64,000 bases of DNA from Minisyncoccota bacterium (GTDB taxonomy: Bacteria > Patescibacteriota > Minisyncoccia > Moranbacterales > UBA1568), in contig JBPPMJ010000003.1 in the NCBI GenBank assembly GCA_051306005.1, forward strand, positions 409,144 to 473,143, written 5' to 3'. The stretch's first letter is position 1. Each line of letters starts with the position of its first letter. A model generated the notes under the pieces. It saw nothing but the letters and a program-made list of their open reading frames with translations, made no database searches and was not told where the DNA came from. Below are positions 41,298 through 50,496 of the stretch, in pieces. Position numbers and translations under genes: made by a program.

Positions 41298-42503
41298 CTA
41301 ATTCGCTTCTTCTCTGACACCCTTCGTATCTTCCAATCGCCAGGCGCTGTACAATGCGAGGCTAAGCACGAGGCCGATGAGCCAAAAAATATTGACTAGC
41401 GGAAAAAACAACAACAGTATAAATGACATCAAGGCTCCGATAATATTGGCAATCGGACGCGTAGTGCGAAAAAAGGCAATCATATCAAAGTGGTTGCCAT
41501 CCACCTGTTTGTAGAAATAGGCATCACGCAAAACTTCAATGCCGGCAACTCCGATACGCGTAACAAAAAGTGCGCCAGCCCATACCCACCAACTTCGCGT
41601 ATCCAAAAGCACCAATGCTACCGTGGAGAACATGGTCAATGCGATACTTCCAAACAACAGTTCTTTTTCTCCCCAACGTTTATCTGCCAACACTCCAAGA
41701 GGATACTGCAACAAAACAAAAGGCAATAACATCACGGTAAACATCAATCCAATTTCATGCCATGTGAAATAGAGGGAACGAAGATAGAGTGGAGTATAGA
41801 CAATCATCATGGCATAAAAAAATTCCAAAGCAAATGATACATGGTAAATGTGAAACAGATTCTTATTCAAAAACATTTGCTGAAATGTATGCCGAATACG
41901 AATTTTTCCCTGGAACACGCCATTGTCATCACGTAGTCCCACTAAAGCCATGAAGAAAACAATACTATAACCAAGAATCAAAACAAAAAAGATGCCTTGA
42001 TATTGGAAGTGATCCAACGTTAGGGTAGATAAAAATGGTGAAAGTAAAAGACCTCCATTCATAATCGTCAAATAAAAGCCACGAATTCGTCCAGATCGCT
42101 GATCTTGAGAAAAGCTCTCCAATAAAATATCCAATATCACCCAGATGACATTGGTGATGACAAGAAATAAGAGAATAATACCTACGGAAAACCAACTGAT
42201 GGGCAAATGCATCAACAAGACACTCGCGATAATCGTCAATAAAAAACCGACGGATAAAGCACGTATTTTGCCCATACTTCGCAATAATGGCTGGAGATAC
42301 AGAAGTGAAATCAGTACGCCACCGAATGCTATCAGATAAAACGGACCAACGTTGTCACTGCCCGTCACCTGCGCAAAGTACGTTGATAAAATATACGTCA
42401 GAAACGCATCCAAAAATCCCATAAAAAAAGAGATGAGGCTGATGAAACGCACTTTGTGACGATCGTATTCTTCGATATGTGACATATTTCTTGAAAAGTT
42501 CAC
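41298..42503 (-). CDS. MFS-type transporter
   Basis: 401 aa with about 12 TM helices and an MFS-like loop motif (LRDDNG...). Confidence 0.6.
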   Translation of the reverse strand: MNFSRNMSHIEEYDRHKVRFISLISFFMGFLDAFLTYILSTYFAQVTGSDNVGPFYLIAFGGVLISLLYLQPLLRSMGKIRALSVGFLLTIIASVLLMHLPISWFSVGIILLFLVITNVIWVILDILLESFSQDQRSGRIRGFYLTIMNGGLLLSPFLSTLTLDHFQYQGIFFVLILGYSIVFFMALVGLRDDNGVFQGKIRIRHTFQQMFLNKNLFHIYHVSFALEFFYAMMIVYTPLYLRSLYFTWHEIGLMFTVMLLPFVLLQYPLGVLADKRWGEKELLFGSIALTMFSTVALVLLDTRSWWVWAGALFVTRIGVAGIEVLRDAYFYKQVDGNHFDMIAFFRTTRPIANIIGALMSFILLLFFPLVNIFWLIGLVLSLALYSAWRLEDTKGVREEAN

Positions 42504-42516
42504 AGCTCCGAATCAG

Positions 42517-43059
42517 TTATTTCATACAGCTGGGTTTGTACCCCCGCTGTTCAGCTTCTTCTTTGGATGCGAAACAAACACGATTTTCTGACTTGATTCT
42601 TTTGGCAACAGCACAAGTCGCCAAGTGATATTTATCGGAATTTCGACTACCGACAAAAGGACATGGTGCGGAGGACGTATTGATAGGCTTATTTGTGGAA
42701 CGGGGTGAAACAGACCCCGTGCTATCGGAAGATGAAGTGATATCCATTGTTGGTACTGGCGCTGAAACACTTTCCTGAACCGCTTCAGGAATAGCAATAA
42801 TGAGGGGTGGCTTATTCATCATTTGTCCGCGTAACCAGCCACTTCCAAACGCCAACCCTCCTACCAATAACATACCTGCTAAAAAGAAAAGTTTTTGTTG
42901 ATTTTTTCCTATCCATGTATACGGATGCCACAACCACTTCGTGATACGAAACAAAAAACGTCTCTGTGTTGGCTCGGCACCTGATGAAATATCCGTATCC
43001 ACCGGTTCCCAATTTTGAGAAAATGCCATAGAAACTGTGCTATTGAGTATCCCAATCAA
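42517..43059 (-). CDS. membrane-anchored protein with a C-terminal Cys/His putative metal-binding motif
   Basis: One TM (LFFLAGMLLVGGLAFGSGWL), a Ser/Thr/Pro-rich linker, and a C-terminus CPFVGSRNSDKYHLATCAVAKRIKSENRVCFASKEEAEQRGYKPSC. Confidence 0.5.
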   Translation of the reverse strand: MIGILNSTVSMAFSQNWEPVDTDISSGAEPTQRRFLFRITKWLWHPYTWIGKNQQKLFFLAGMLLVGGLAFGSGWLRGQMMNKPPLIIAIPEAVQESVSAPVPTMDITSSSDSTGSVSPRSTNKPINTSSAPCPFVGSRNSDKYHLATCAVAKRIKSENRVCFASKEEAEQRGYKPSCMK

Positions 43060-43080
43060 GAAATACTCACATATTAAAGA

Positions 43081-43108
43081 TTGACAGGTCCATGAAATAT
43101 GCTATACT
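43081..43108 (+). promoter_or_regulatory. consensus sigma-70 promoter TTGACA-N16-TGcTATACT upstream of rpmA
   Basis: ttgaca at 43081-86 and tgctatact at 43100-08. Confidence 0.65.
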
Positions 43109-43155
43109 TATCCAGTATACAATAAACATTGGTAATAGGTAAGCTTTCAAGAAAT

Positions 43156-43449
43156 ATGGCAACAAGAAAAGCTGGTGGGTCAACCGCTTTAGGTCGCGAT
43201 TCTATTTCCAAGCGTCTCGGCGTAAAAGTGTACGGCGGTCAGACGGTTGAAATAAGCAACATCATCGTCCGTCAGCGTGGCACCAAATACCACCCAGGAA
43301 AAAACGTCAAGCGCGGTGAGGATGATACGCTCTTTGCCCTCGTTGCTGGTACGGTAGAATTTCAAGCACGCAAAATGAAAGACTTTACTGGAAAATTGGC
43401 ACAGCGAATGTTTGTGAATGTTATTCCGCAAGATACTGCCAAAAAATAA
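43156..43449 (+). CDS. rpmA: 50S ribosomal protein L27 with a C-terminal extension
   Basis: [29 protein letters not shown]...[14 protein letters not shown].... It is monocistronic and not linked to rplU. Confidence 0.9.
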   Translation: MATRKAGGSTALGRDSISKRLGVKVYGGQTVEISNIIVRQRGTKYHPGKNVKRGEDDTLFALVAGTVEFQARKMKDFTGKLAQRMFVNVIPQDTAKK

Positions 43450-43516
43450 TTTCCAGCTTTTTGTGCTCATATACTGGAAAATTAAACTTGATACTCTCTC
43501 AGACTGAATCTTGATG

Positions 43517-45169
43517 CTATGCATCACAGGCCTTCAAAAAGGCGACAAATAATGGGTGAGGATGGAGTAACGATGATTGAAACTCAGGATGAAATTGACT
43601 GGCTACAAAAAATGGATGCTTGTCAATCGGTAATTCTGCTATTTCCATCAACACGCCATCAGGAGAAACAGCAGAAAAAATAAGTCCGGCTTTTTCCAGT
43701 GCAGAGACATACTCTGGGTTGACTTCATAGCGGTGTCGATGACGTTCCAGAATAGTAGATTGTCTATACGCCTTGAACGCAATCGTTCCAGAATGCACTT
43801 TGGCTTCATAGTGCCCAAGACGCATAGTCGCTCCATAAATCTTCTGACGCATGTTTTCTTTCTGAGAAGACATAATATCCACAACTGGATAACTCGCCGA
43901 AGGATACACTTCTGTTGTATGCGCATCTGCCCAACCCAAAACATGGCGCGCATACTCTACCACCATCAACTGCATACCATAGCATAAACCAAAGTACGGA
44001 ATTTTGTTCTCACGACAAAAACGAATAACGGCTATTTTCCCCTCAATACCACGCGCTCCGAAACCACCTGGAACCAATACTCCGTCCAACTGTTTCAATA
44101 CTATTAATTTCTTTGGATCTTCCTCAAAATCAGTACTGTCAAGCCATACTAAAATTGGCTTGCGAGACAGTGATCCTGCAGCGTGTTTCAATGCTTCGAT
44201 GACACTAATGTAAGCGTCGCTCAAAACAAAATCACCAGTCTTGAAGTACTTGCCTACAATGCCGATCCGTATCTCTTGAGAAGCATTTTTTAGGCGTTTG
44301 GTCGCCTTTTCCCATTTCGCTAGTTCATCATTGCGCTTGCGTCCCTTCAACCCAAGTTTTTTCAACACAATATCGCTCAGATGGTCTTTTTCAAAATTCA
44401 ACGGCACATCATAAATACTCTCCACATCTGGCGCACTAATAACATCTTCTTGACGCACACTACAAAAAACAGCTATTTTTTCTTTTCGTTTTTCATCAAC
44501 TCGTTGATCCGCACGTGCCACGATAATATCCGGCTGAATCCCTGTACCATTGAGTGTCCGCACAGCATGTTGCGTTGGCTTAGTTTTCATTTCACCGATT
44601 TTTGAAGGAGTCGGAATATAGCTTACCATCACTGTGATGACGTCTTTCGGCATACGAATCTTCATCATCCGCACTGCTTCCAAAAACAAAATATTTTCAT
44701 ACTCCCCAACTGTACCACCGATTTCAATAATTGCGATTTCTGCCTTATCTTTCTTGACTGCTTTGGTGATACGGTCAATCACTTCCAAAGGAATATGTGG
44801 CACGACTTGCACACATTTCCCCTGATATTCCAGATTACGCTCTTTCTCAATGACAGTTTTGTAGACTAACCCAGTCGTCATATAATTCCGCTGATCCAGC
44901 TCAATACCCAAAAAACGTTCATAATTCCCCATATCCTGATCTGTTTCATAGCCATCCTTCAGAACAAACACTTCGCCGTGCTCGGTCGGATTCATGGTAC
45001 CAGCATCTACATTGATATACGGATCCACCTTCAAAGCAGTCACCGAGAAACCACGCGCTTGGAGAATTTTTCCCAAAGAGGAAGTGGTGATTCCTTTACC
45101 GACTCCACTCATCACTCCACCAACAACAAAAATAAACTTTGTCCGTTTGGTTTTTTTCCGTTTTGTCAT
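43517..45169 (-). CDS. pyrG: CTP synthase
   Basis: FVVGGVMSGVGKGI, and a glutamine amidotransferase domain with GLCYGMQ. Confidence 0.95.
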   Translation of the reverse strand: MTKRKKTKRTKFIFVVGGVMSGVGKGITTSSLGKILQARGFSVTALKVDPYINVDAGTMNPTEHGEVFVLKDGYETDQDMGNYERFLGIELDQRNYMTTGLVYKTVIEKERNLEYQGKCVQVVPHIPLEVIDRITKAVKKDKAEIAIIEIGGTVGEYENILFLEAVRMMKIRMPKDVITVMVSYIPTPSKIGEMKTKPTQHAVRTLNGTGIQPDIIVARADQRVDEKRKEKIAVFCSVRQEDVISAPDVESIYDVPLNFEKDHLSDIVLKKLGLKGRKRNDELAKWEKATKRLKNASQEIRIGIVGKYFKTGDFVLSDAYISVIEALKHAAGSLSRKPILVWLDSTDFEEDPKKLIVLKQLDGVLVPGGFGARGIEGKIAVIRFCRENKIPYFGLCYGMQLMVVEYARHVLGWADAHTTEVYPSASYPVVDIMSSQKENMRQKIYGATMRLGHYEAKVHSGTIAFKAYRQSTILERHRHRYEVNPEYVSALEKAGLIFSAVSPDGVLMEIAELPIDKHPFFVASQFHPEFQSSLLHPHPLFVAFLKACDA

Positions 45170-45211
45170 AGGATAGAAGAAAGACAAAAATCACACATTA
45201 TTTATAGAGAA

Positions 45212-45251
45212 AAAGCCGCTCTTCCGAAAGACCAGGAAAGGCGACTTTTTG
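45212..45251. terminator. probable bidirectional rho-independent terminator between rplI and pyrG
   Basis: Imperfect GC-rich stem (gccgctcttcc...ggaaaggcgac) flanked by A- and T-runs. Confidence 0.45.
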
Positions 45252-45271
45252 TCAAAATACTCTTGAATATA

Positions 45272-45712
45272 CTACTCCGTTTCTATGGAAACCTCCAAAG
45301 AAGTTCGAACACCATTGCCAAAATCTACTGGCACTGCAAACACACCAGTATTTTTGAATGGCTTTTCTAGTATCAACGCATCCCCATCCACCATCACACC
45401 CAAAACCATCAGCGCTTCTATAATTTCTTGACGTCCCACAGAACCAAATAATTTTTCATTTTTTCCCTTGGCTTTAATCATCACTTTTTTACCGGAGAGT
45501 TCATCAATTTTTGCTTTATTCTCAGCAATACGGGATTGCTGTTCAGCACGACGTCTGATCAGTGTCTGCTCAACCTGACGAAGTGCGTGCGGAGTAGCCA
45601 ATTCAGCCAATCCTGCCGGCAAAAGAAAATTGAGCCCGTAACCAGTCTTAACCTCTTTGACCTCTCCTACTCGCCCTAGTTTTTGCACATCCTCCAAAAG
45701 AATCACTTTCAT
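45272..45712 (-). CDS. rplI: 50S ribosomal protein L9
   Basis: MKVILLEDVQKLGRVGEVKEVKTGYGLNFLLP.... Confidence 0.9.
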   Translation of the reverse strand: MKVILLEDVQKLGRVGEVKEVKTGYGLNFLLPAGLAELATPHALRQVEQTLIRRRAEQQSRIAENKAKIDELSGKKVMIKAKGKNEKLFGSVGRQEIIEALMVLGVMVDGDALILEKPFKNTGVFAVPVDFGNGVRTSLEVSIETE

Positions 45713-45892
45713 ATGCTGTATCATGACCAGTAGTTTACTCATTTATGATACCGTGTTCTTTCTCTTTTGACAAGTCAGTCTGAAATATGCTGTACTACAC
45801 CTGCAATCTTAACCTCTCGCTTTCAATCATTATTCATATGAAGGCGGTGGTTTTGATTGATATTTCTTTAACAACAACGTGAGGTACATGTA

Positions 45893-46378
45893 ATGTCAAT
45901 ACGGACTATGACATCCAGTATTCCTACTCATCGAAAATTTCCTGTATCCCTCGCTTTACGACGCACCATTGCTTTACAATTACCGGAACATGAGCAGGAA
46001 ATTCCTCTGAACACTCTTTTGAACATCATGTACAAGACGTTTGCTCAAAAGACTATCAGGGAACAGCGGGGCGTGATCAAATTCATACGCCATCTGTACC
46101 TCCTCTCCATGATGAAACGTCATATCCATCTCGAAGAATCTACGTATCAGGAACAAACAGCACGATCTCTTTTGGCGATGTTGTGTCAACACCTACGACA
46201 CTCCAATCCTACTGCACGACGACAAATCATAAAACAAGCCCGTCTTATGAACAGTACAGTCTTTATTGAGACGGCTATCATGGAAGCGACGTTTGAAAGT
46301 CCCCTTTCATCACCTAAACCGCTGTATTACGATGGCCGTGGTCATGGACGATACAATGCACAATGCATTACCAGATAA
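45893..46378 (+). CDS. hypothetical protein
   Basis: 161-aa basic protein with no recognised motif. It is followed by a strong terminator. Confidence 0.45.
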   Translation: MSIRTMTSSIPTHRKFPVSLALRRTIALQLPEHEQEIPLNTLLNIMYKTFAQKTIREQRGVIKFIRHLYLLSMMKRHIHLEESTYQEQTARSLLAMLCQHLRHSNPTARRQIIKQARLMNSTVFIETAIMEATFESPLSSPKPLYYDGRGHGRYNAQCITR

Positions 46379-46394
46379 AATCTGATAAAAACCA

Positions 46395-46427
46395 CCCCTG
46401 TAAAGCAATGCTTTACAGGGGTTTTAT
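46395..46427 (+). terminator. rho-independent terminator
   Basis: Perfect 13-bp palindrome cccctgtaaagca/tgctttacagggg followed by ttttat. Confidence 0.85.
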
Positions 46428-46486
46428 AGTAAAAAGACTCACTATATCACGCATTGCGCCATATATCGAGTAAACAAACGGAACCC

Positions 46487-46891
46487 TCATGGTGAACCGT
46501 ATTGTAAGACCTCGAGTGACTCTGTTGTTTCCTTTTTTCCCGCCATCCGAAAAACACTTCCATCAGGCAAGGCCAAAAGATCAGATCTATCACTCCAGAT
46601 ATCCACATGCGCTTTATCTGGATCATCGGAAGCGATAACCACCATCGGTTGGTGTCGATACACTGTATGTCGAGTAACAGTATAACGAACAGCGGAATCA
46701 AACAGTTGATCCTTCCATCGTCCTTTATTTATCGAAGAGAAAAGAGTTTTTGGCGGGTCCGTAAAAAGCGCCTTTTCATTCAGTATCTGAATATGCACAT
46801 TTCTCCCGATAACAAACAAGGAAAATAAAATGGATAATATCAATATATTGCGAAACCCATTAGGCAGGGCACACCATATCGGAACCTTCAT
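46487..46891 (-). CDS. hypothetical membrane-anchored protein
   Basis: N-terminal TM (ILILSILFSLFVIG) followed by a soluble domain. Confidence 0.4.
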   Translation of the reverse strand: MKVPIWCALPNGFRNILILSILFSLFVIGRNVHIQILNEKALFTDPPKTLFSSINKGRWKDQLFDSAVRYTVTRHTVYRHQPMVVIASDDPDKAHVDIWSDRSDLLALPDGSVFRMAGKKETTESLEVLQYGSP

Positions 46892-47039
46892 CCTGTACTC
46901 CCTCTTGTGACCAAACAACTACCAAAAATAACCTTAGTTATTTTTGACTCGTTAATAATAGCATTCTTTCGATATCTTAACAAATACAATATTTCTTGAA
47001 AAAATACTATAAGAAGAATTTACCGAACGGAAAGCCGAA

Positions 47040-47396
47040 GTGGAAAATGAACTCATAGCCTCGCGTATTTCGCGAAGTGAAGCTCGGATAGAACAATTCG
47101 ATGCAGAAGCCTCAGTAGCCTATGCAGAACGCTATATAAGCGATTTAGGAAGGCAATGGACGGATTTACCCAAGCATCTGTATCCTCGGTTCCAAAAACT
47201 GGTTTTTCCCGAGGGAATACCCTACACCAAAGGTAAAGGATTTGGAACTGCCAAGTTAGGGCTCATCTTTGAGCTAAACGAGACTATTGGCAATAAAAAA
47301 TCCGATTTGGTGGACCTGGCGAGAATCGGACTCGCGACCCAGCAATGCGAATGCTGTGTAATGCCACTTTACTACAGGCCCCAAAATGAGGAGTAG
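47040..47396 (+). CDS. hypothetical protein (orphan 118-aa ORF)
   Basis: Protein-like composition with a Cys pair (CECC) near the C-terminus and no operon partners. Confidence 0.35.
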   Translation: MENELIASRISRSEARIEQFDAEASVAYAERYISDLGRQWTDLPKHLYPRFQKLVFPEGIPYTKGKGFGTAKLGLIFELNETIGNKKSDLVDLARIGLATQQCECCVMPLYYRPQNEE

Positions 47397-47403
47397 GCAC
47401 ATC

Positions 47404-48705
47404 TCATTGACGTTCTTCCAAAGTCAGATTCACTTCTTTCACCTCACCTTTGTGCCAAACCTTCAGTGTGAGGACAGTACCGACAGTGTATTTATTGATC
47501 AAAGTTATGAGAGGGTGTTTCTCGTCCACTTTCTCTCCGTTGACTTCCAAGATAATGTCATTTTCTCTCAAACCAGCTTTATCAGCAGGAGAGCCAGGAA
47601 GAACAGCTAAGTCTGTTATATTTTGTCCACGGACGATCAATGCGCCATACCCGTTTGGCAGATTGTTTTCTTTTTGAATTTTTTCATCTATCATTACAGA
47701 ACGTACTCCGATATAAGGCGTAGAGAGTTTTCCCGTCGCACTTACCTGTTCCACAATACGCTTGACTTGATTAATAGGCAAAGCGAAACCGATATTTTCC
47801 GCTCCTTGCGCCATCGCGACATTAACACCGATAACTTCTCCCTTGAGATTAAATAATGGTCCCCCCGAGTTACCAGGATTGATAGCAGCATCAATCTGAA
47901 TGATATCAATCAATTGTTCCTCATCACCGGCAAAGCGAGATCCCGCTGACACGTTACGTTGCAGTCCCGACACGATACCGCGTGTTACCGAACCAGAAAA
48001 TTCGCCCAGCGGATTGCCAATGGCAATGATAGTCTGACCTACTTTGAGGGTATCAGAATTACCGAGGTGCAAAACCGGTACTTCTTGTCCATCTACTTTC
48101 AAAATTGCAATGTCATTAATCGGATCACGTGCCAACACCCTTGCTTGATATTCCGTACCATTTTCACTTATCACGGTGTATTCTGCATCCGTATCCGCTA
48201 CCACATGTTTGTTGGTTACTACCAATCCATCCGCTGATACAAAAAATCCTGAGCCACTGCCCACTTGTTGACGTTCCGTTTCTGGTGTTGACATATCCTG
48301 TGGTGTTCCAAATGGACTGAAGAAAAATGGCATACTTCCGCCAAAGGGATTACCAAAAAAAGAACGTGCTTTGGGCATATCCTTGGTAATGACAATACTG
48401 ACCACACCGGCCGCGTTATTATCCACGACCTGCATCACGGATAGCTCTTCTGTGTTGTCATTAGTCAAACCAGTATGAACCGTATCACTGTCTACCTTTT
48501 CAGTTTTCTCCAAACGGAAATGTTCAGCAGAGAACCGTACGATAGAGGGCGCAAACATTCCTCCCAAAAAACCGGACAACACTGCCGTCAACAAAAATAT
48601 TCCTCCCTGTATTACTGAGAGATGGCGAATAGGGTAGCGCGAAGTATCAATACTGGCAGAATGATTTGTAAACGGCTCCGTTCTTTTTTCTTCTTGTTTG
48701 TACAT
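47404..48705 (-). CDS. htrA: HtrA/DegP serine protease with a PDZ domain (intact catalytic triad)
   Basis: TNKHVV (His), DIAILKV (Asp) and GNSGGPLFN (Ser), plus an N-terminal TM and a C-terminal PDZ. Confidence 0.9.
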   Translation of the reverse strand: MYKQEEKRTEPFTNHSASIDTSRYPIRHLSVIQGGIFLLTAVLSGFLGGMFAPSIVRFSAEHFRLEKTEKVDSDTVHTGLTNDNTEELSVMQVVDNNAAGVVSIVITKDMPKARSFFGNPFGGSMPFFFSPFGTPQDMSTPETERQQVGSGSGFFVSADGLVVTNKHVVADTDAEYTVISENGTEYQARVLARDPINDIAILKVDGQEVPVLHLGNSDTLKVGQTIIAIGNPLGEFSGSVTRGIVSGLQRNVSAGSRFAGDEEQLIDIIQIDAAINPGNSGGPLFNLKGEVIGVNVAMAQGAENIGFALPINQVKRIVEQVSATGKLSTPYIGVRSVMIDEKIQKENNLPNGYGALIVRGQNITDLAVLPGSPADKAGLRENDIILEVNGEKVDEKHPLITLINKYTVGTVLTLKVWHKGEVKEVNLTLEERQ

Positions 48706-48732
48706 AATGCTGTGTTTGATTGATTATGGAAA

Positions 48733-49779
48733 TCAAAATAACAGTGAAGCGTCGCCTTCTGTCTGTTCCAACATCTTTTTTTCAAAATCACGCCATGCTG
48801 GTTGTCTAAACTCTACTCGTGCACTTTCACGATCCCATCCATATTCGGGAGACAACACGAAAACAGGCATTTCCCGCATCTGTTCCGCCAGCCAATCGGT
48901 AAAGGTAACTCGGTGAGTCATGATTTGGCTGATACGATAAAAAGATGTGTTGCCTTCTTGTTTCACCTCATCCACACGCACAATATGAAAGCCGAGCTCA
49001 CTCTCGATGACATCTCCTGGCACACCAATTTTTTGTGATGCCACGACATGACGTAGTGCCGGTACCAAATCATTTGGCGCAAACCACCCTAAGGTCCCTC
49101 CTTTTTGCGCGGTTGATCCCTCAGAATACTGTTTGGCAACATCACCAAAATCCTGGCCAGAATGCAAAGCTTCTTGCGCTAAATCTATTTTAGATTTTCC
49201 AGCAGAGACGGTATCTACTTCTTTCAAAAAGCTGGCTTGCAATTTTTCTTGCAAGATTTCTGGTATCACTACTTGCTGAGCAAAGTCATCCAGCGTCCAG
49301 CCATACAATCTATCAAGATCCTGTGTCACTTCAGCCACATTCCCCCGCTCTTCCAGTTTACGCGCGACAATCTGATGTGCTTCTTCATTAGTCACAAAAA
49401 TACCACGTTTTTGCGCCAACAGACGGATCGCATCATCCTCTAGTATCTTGTTTATTACCTCTTTTTCACGTATTTTGAAACGCTTTTTTCCTTCGTCGGT
49501 TGAAAAATCTACACGCAAGCCGACTTTTGAAAAATCCTGCTGTTCGTAAAAACGCCGAATAGATGTCATGTTGGCAGAAAGTGCTGATGTCGTCACGCAC
49601 TGCCTATAGCCAATCACAACCAAAGGATAAGGTATGGTACGCCTGAGGGTTTCCGTGATACGATCAGATCCAGCAAAACCGTATACCAATACCAAGCTTG
49701 TCACTATCATAAACATGATGAGAGACAAAATCGCATATACAATGGTCTGTATTCGTATTTTTCGCATCATCTTTCGCAT
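48733..49779 (-). CDS. membrane-anchored parvulin-type peptidyl-prolyl isomerase (PrsA/SurA-like)
   Basis: N-terminal TM, a chaperone-like helical domain, and a PpiC domain (...GGTLGWFAPNDLVPAL...GFHIVRV). The start was set at an internal Met so that it does not overlap ftsB. Confidence 0.75.
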   Translation of the reverse strand: MRKMMRKIRIQTIVYAILSLIMFMIVTSLVLVYGFAGSDRITETLRRTIPYPLVVIGYRQCVTTSALSANMTSIRRFYEQQDFSKVGLRVDFSTDEGKKRFKIREKEVINKILEDDAIRLLAQKRGIFVTNEEAHQIVARKLEERGNVAEVTQDLDRLYGWTLDDFAQQVVIPEILQEKLQASFLKEVDTVSAGKSKIDLAQEALHSGQDFGDVAKQYSEGSTAQKGGTLGWFAPNDLVPALRHVVASQKIGVPGDVIESELGFHIVRVDEVKQEGNTSFYRISQIMTHRVTFTDWLAEQMREMPVFVLSPEYGWDRESARVEFRQPAWRDFEKKMLEQTEGDASLLF

Positions 49780-49825
49780 AACCTTCTTTACTTTCAAAGT
49801 ATGTTTATCATAGCACAAGGAACAA

Positions 49826-50224
49826 TCACAGAAAAAGCTTGAGCCACTTCTCATAATTTGGAATTTCTCGTACTGGCGAGTTTTCCGTGGAATACATCCG
49901 GCTTGTTGTTGAAGCATCAACCGTGGATTCTGTCGCATATTCAGGTACCGGCCTCAGTGTTACCACTGTTTCTTCCTGCTTTTTCAATCCCAATTTTTTC
50001 TTTGCTTCTTGTTCACGAAAATCCGTCGAAGCGAAATAATGCATTTTCTCCATCAGCGTCGCATTTTCTCTTCTAATTTTTTCTGCTTCCTCTTCTAACG
50101 TCGCAACTTCCTCCTGAATACGTTTATTACGCTCACTTTGTTTGGCAGATACAACCGCCACCCAACCAACTAAAATGAGAGTACAAACAATCAAGAAAAT
50201 GGCGACGATGTTCTTTTTTTTCAT
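49826..50224 (-). CDS. ftsB: septum formation initiator FtsB/DivIC-like
   Basis: N-terminal TM followed by a coiled coil (EEVATLEEEAEKIRRENATLMEKM). Confidence 0.6.
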   Translation of the reverse strand: MKKKNIVAIFLIVCTLILVGWVAVVSAKQSERNKRIQEEVATLEEEAEKIRRENATLMEKMHYFASTDFREQEAKKKLGLKKQEETVVTLRPVPEYATESTVDASTTSRMYSTENSPVREIPNYEKWLKLFL

Positions 50225-50496
50225 AACGTCAATATGGCAACAATCACTACCTGACTCGCTTCAAAATATTTCTACAAAGTCTTCTAATACAAAAACAATG
50301 GCGCCAACAAAAAGACGAGCATAGACACCATAATGATCACAGAAACAACCACCCACACTCTATAAGCATGTTTATGCGTTTTCTTGAAACTCATATCTTT
50401 GATTGATATTATTTTCTTTACTATACCAAAAAACACCGAAAAAACCAAATGAGTTTCCCAAGTATTTGCCACTGCAGAAAAACAAGCTACCATTGT

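Noticed and set aside
50284-50493. 69-aa ORF between ftsB and the T4CP-like gene
   Set aside because: It is possibly a small C-terminal-TM protein, but there is no SD and the composition is poor, so it was left uncalled.
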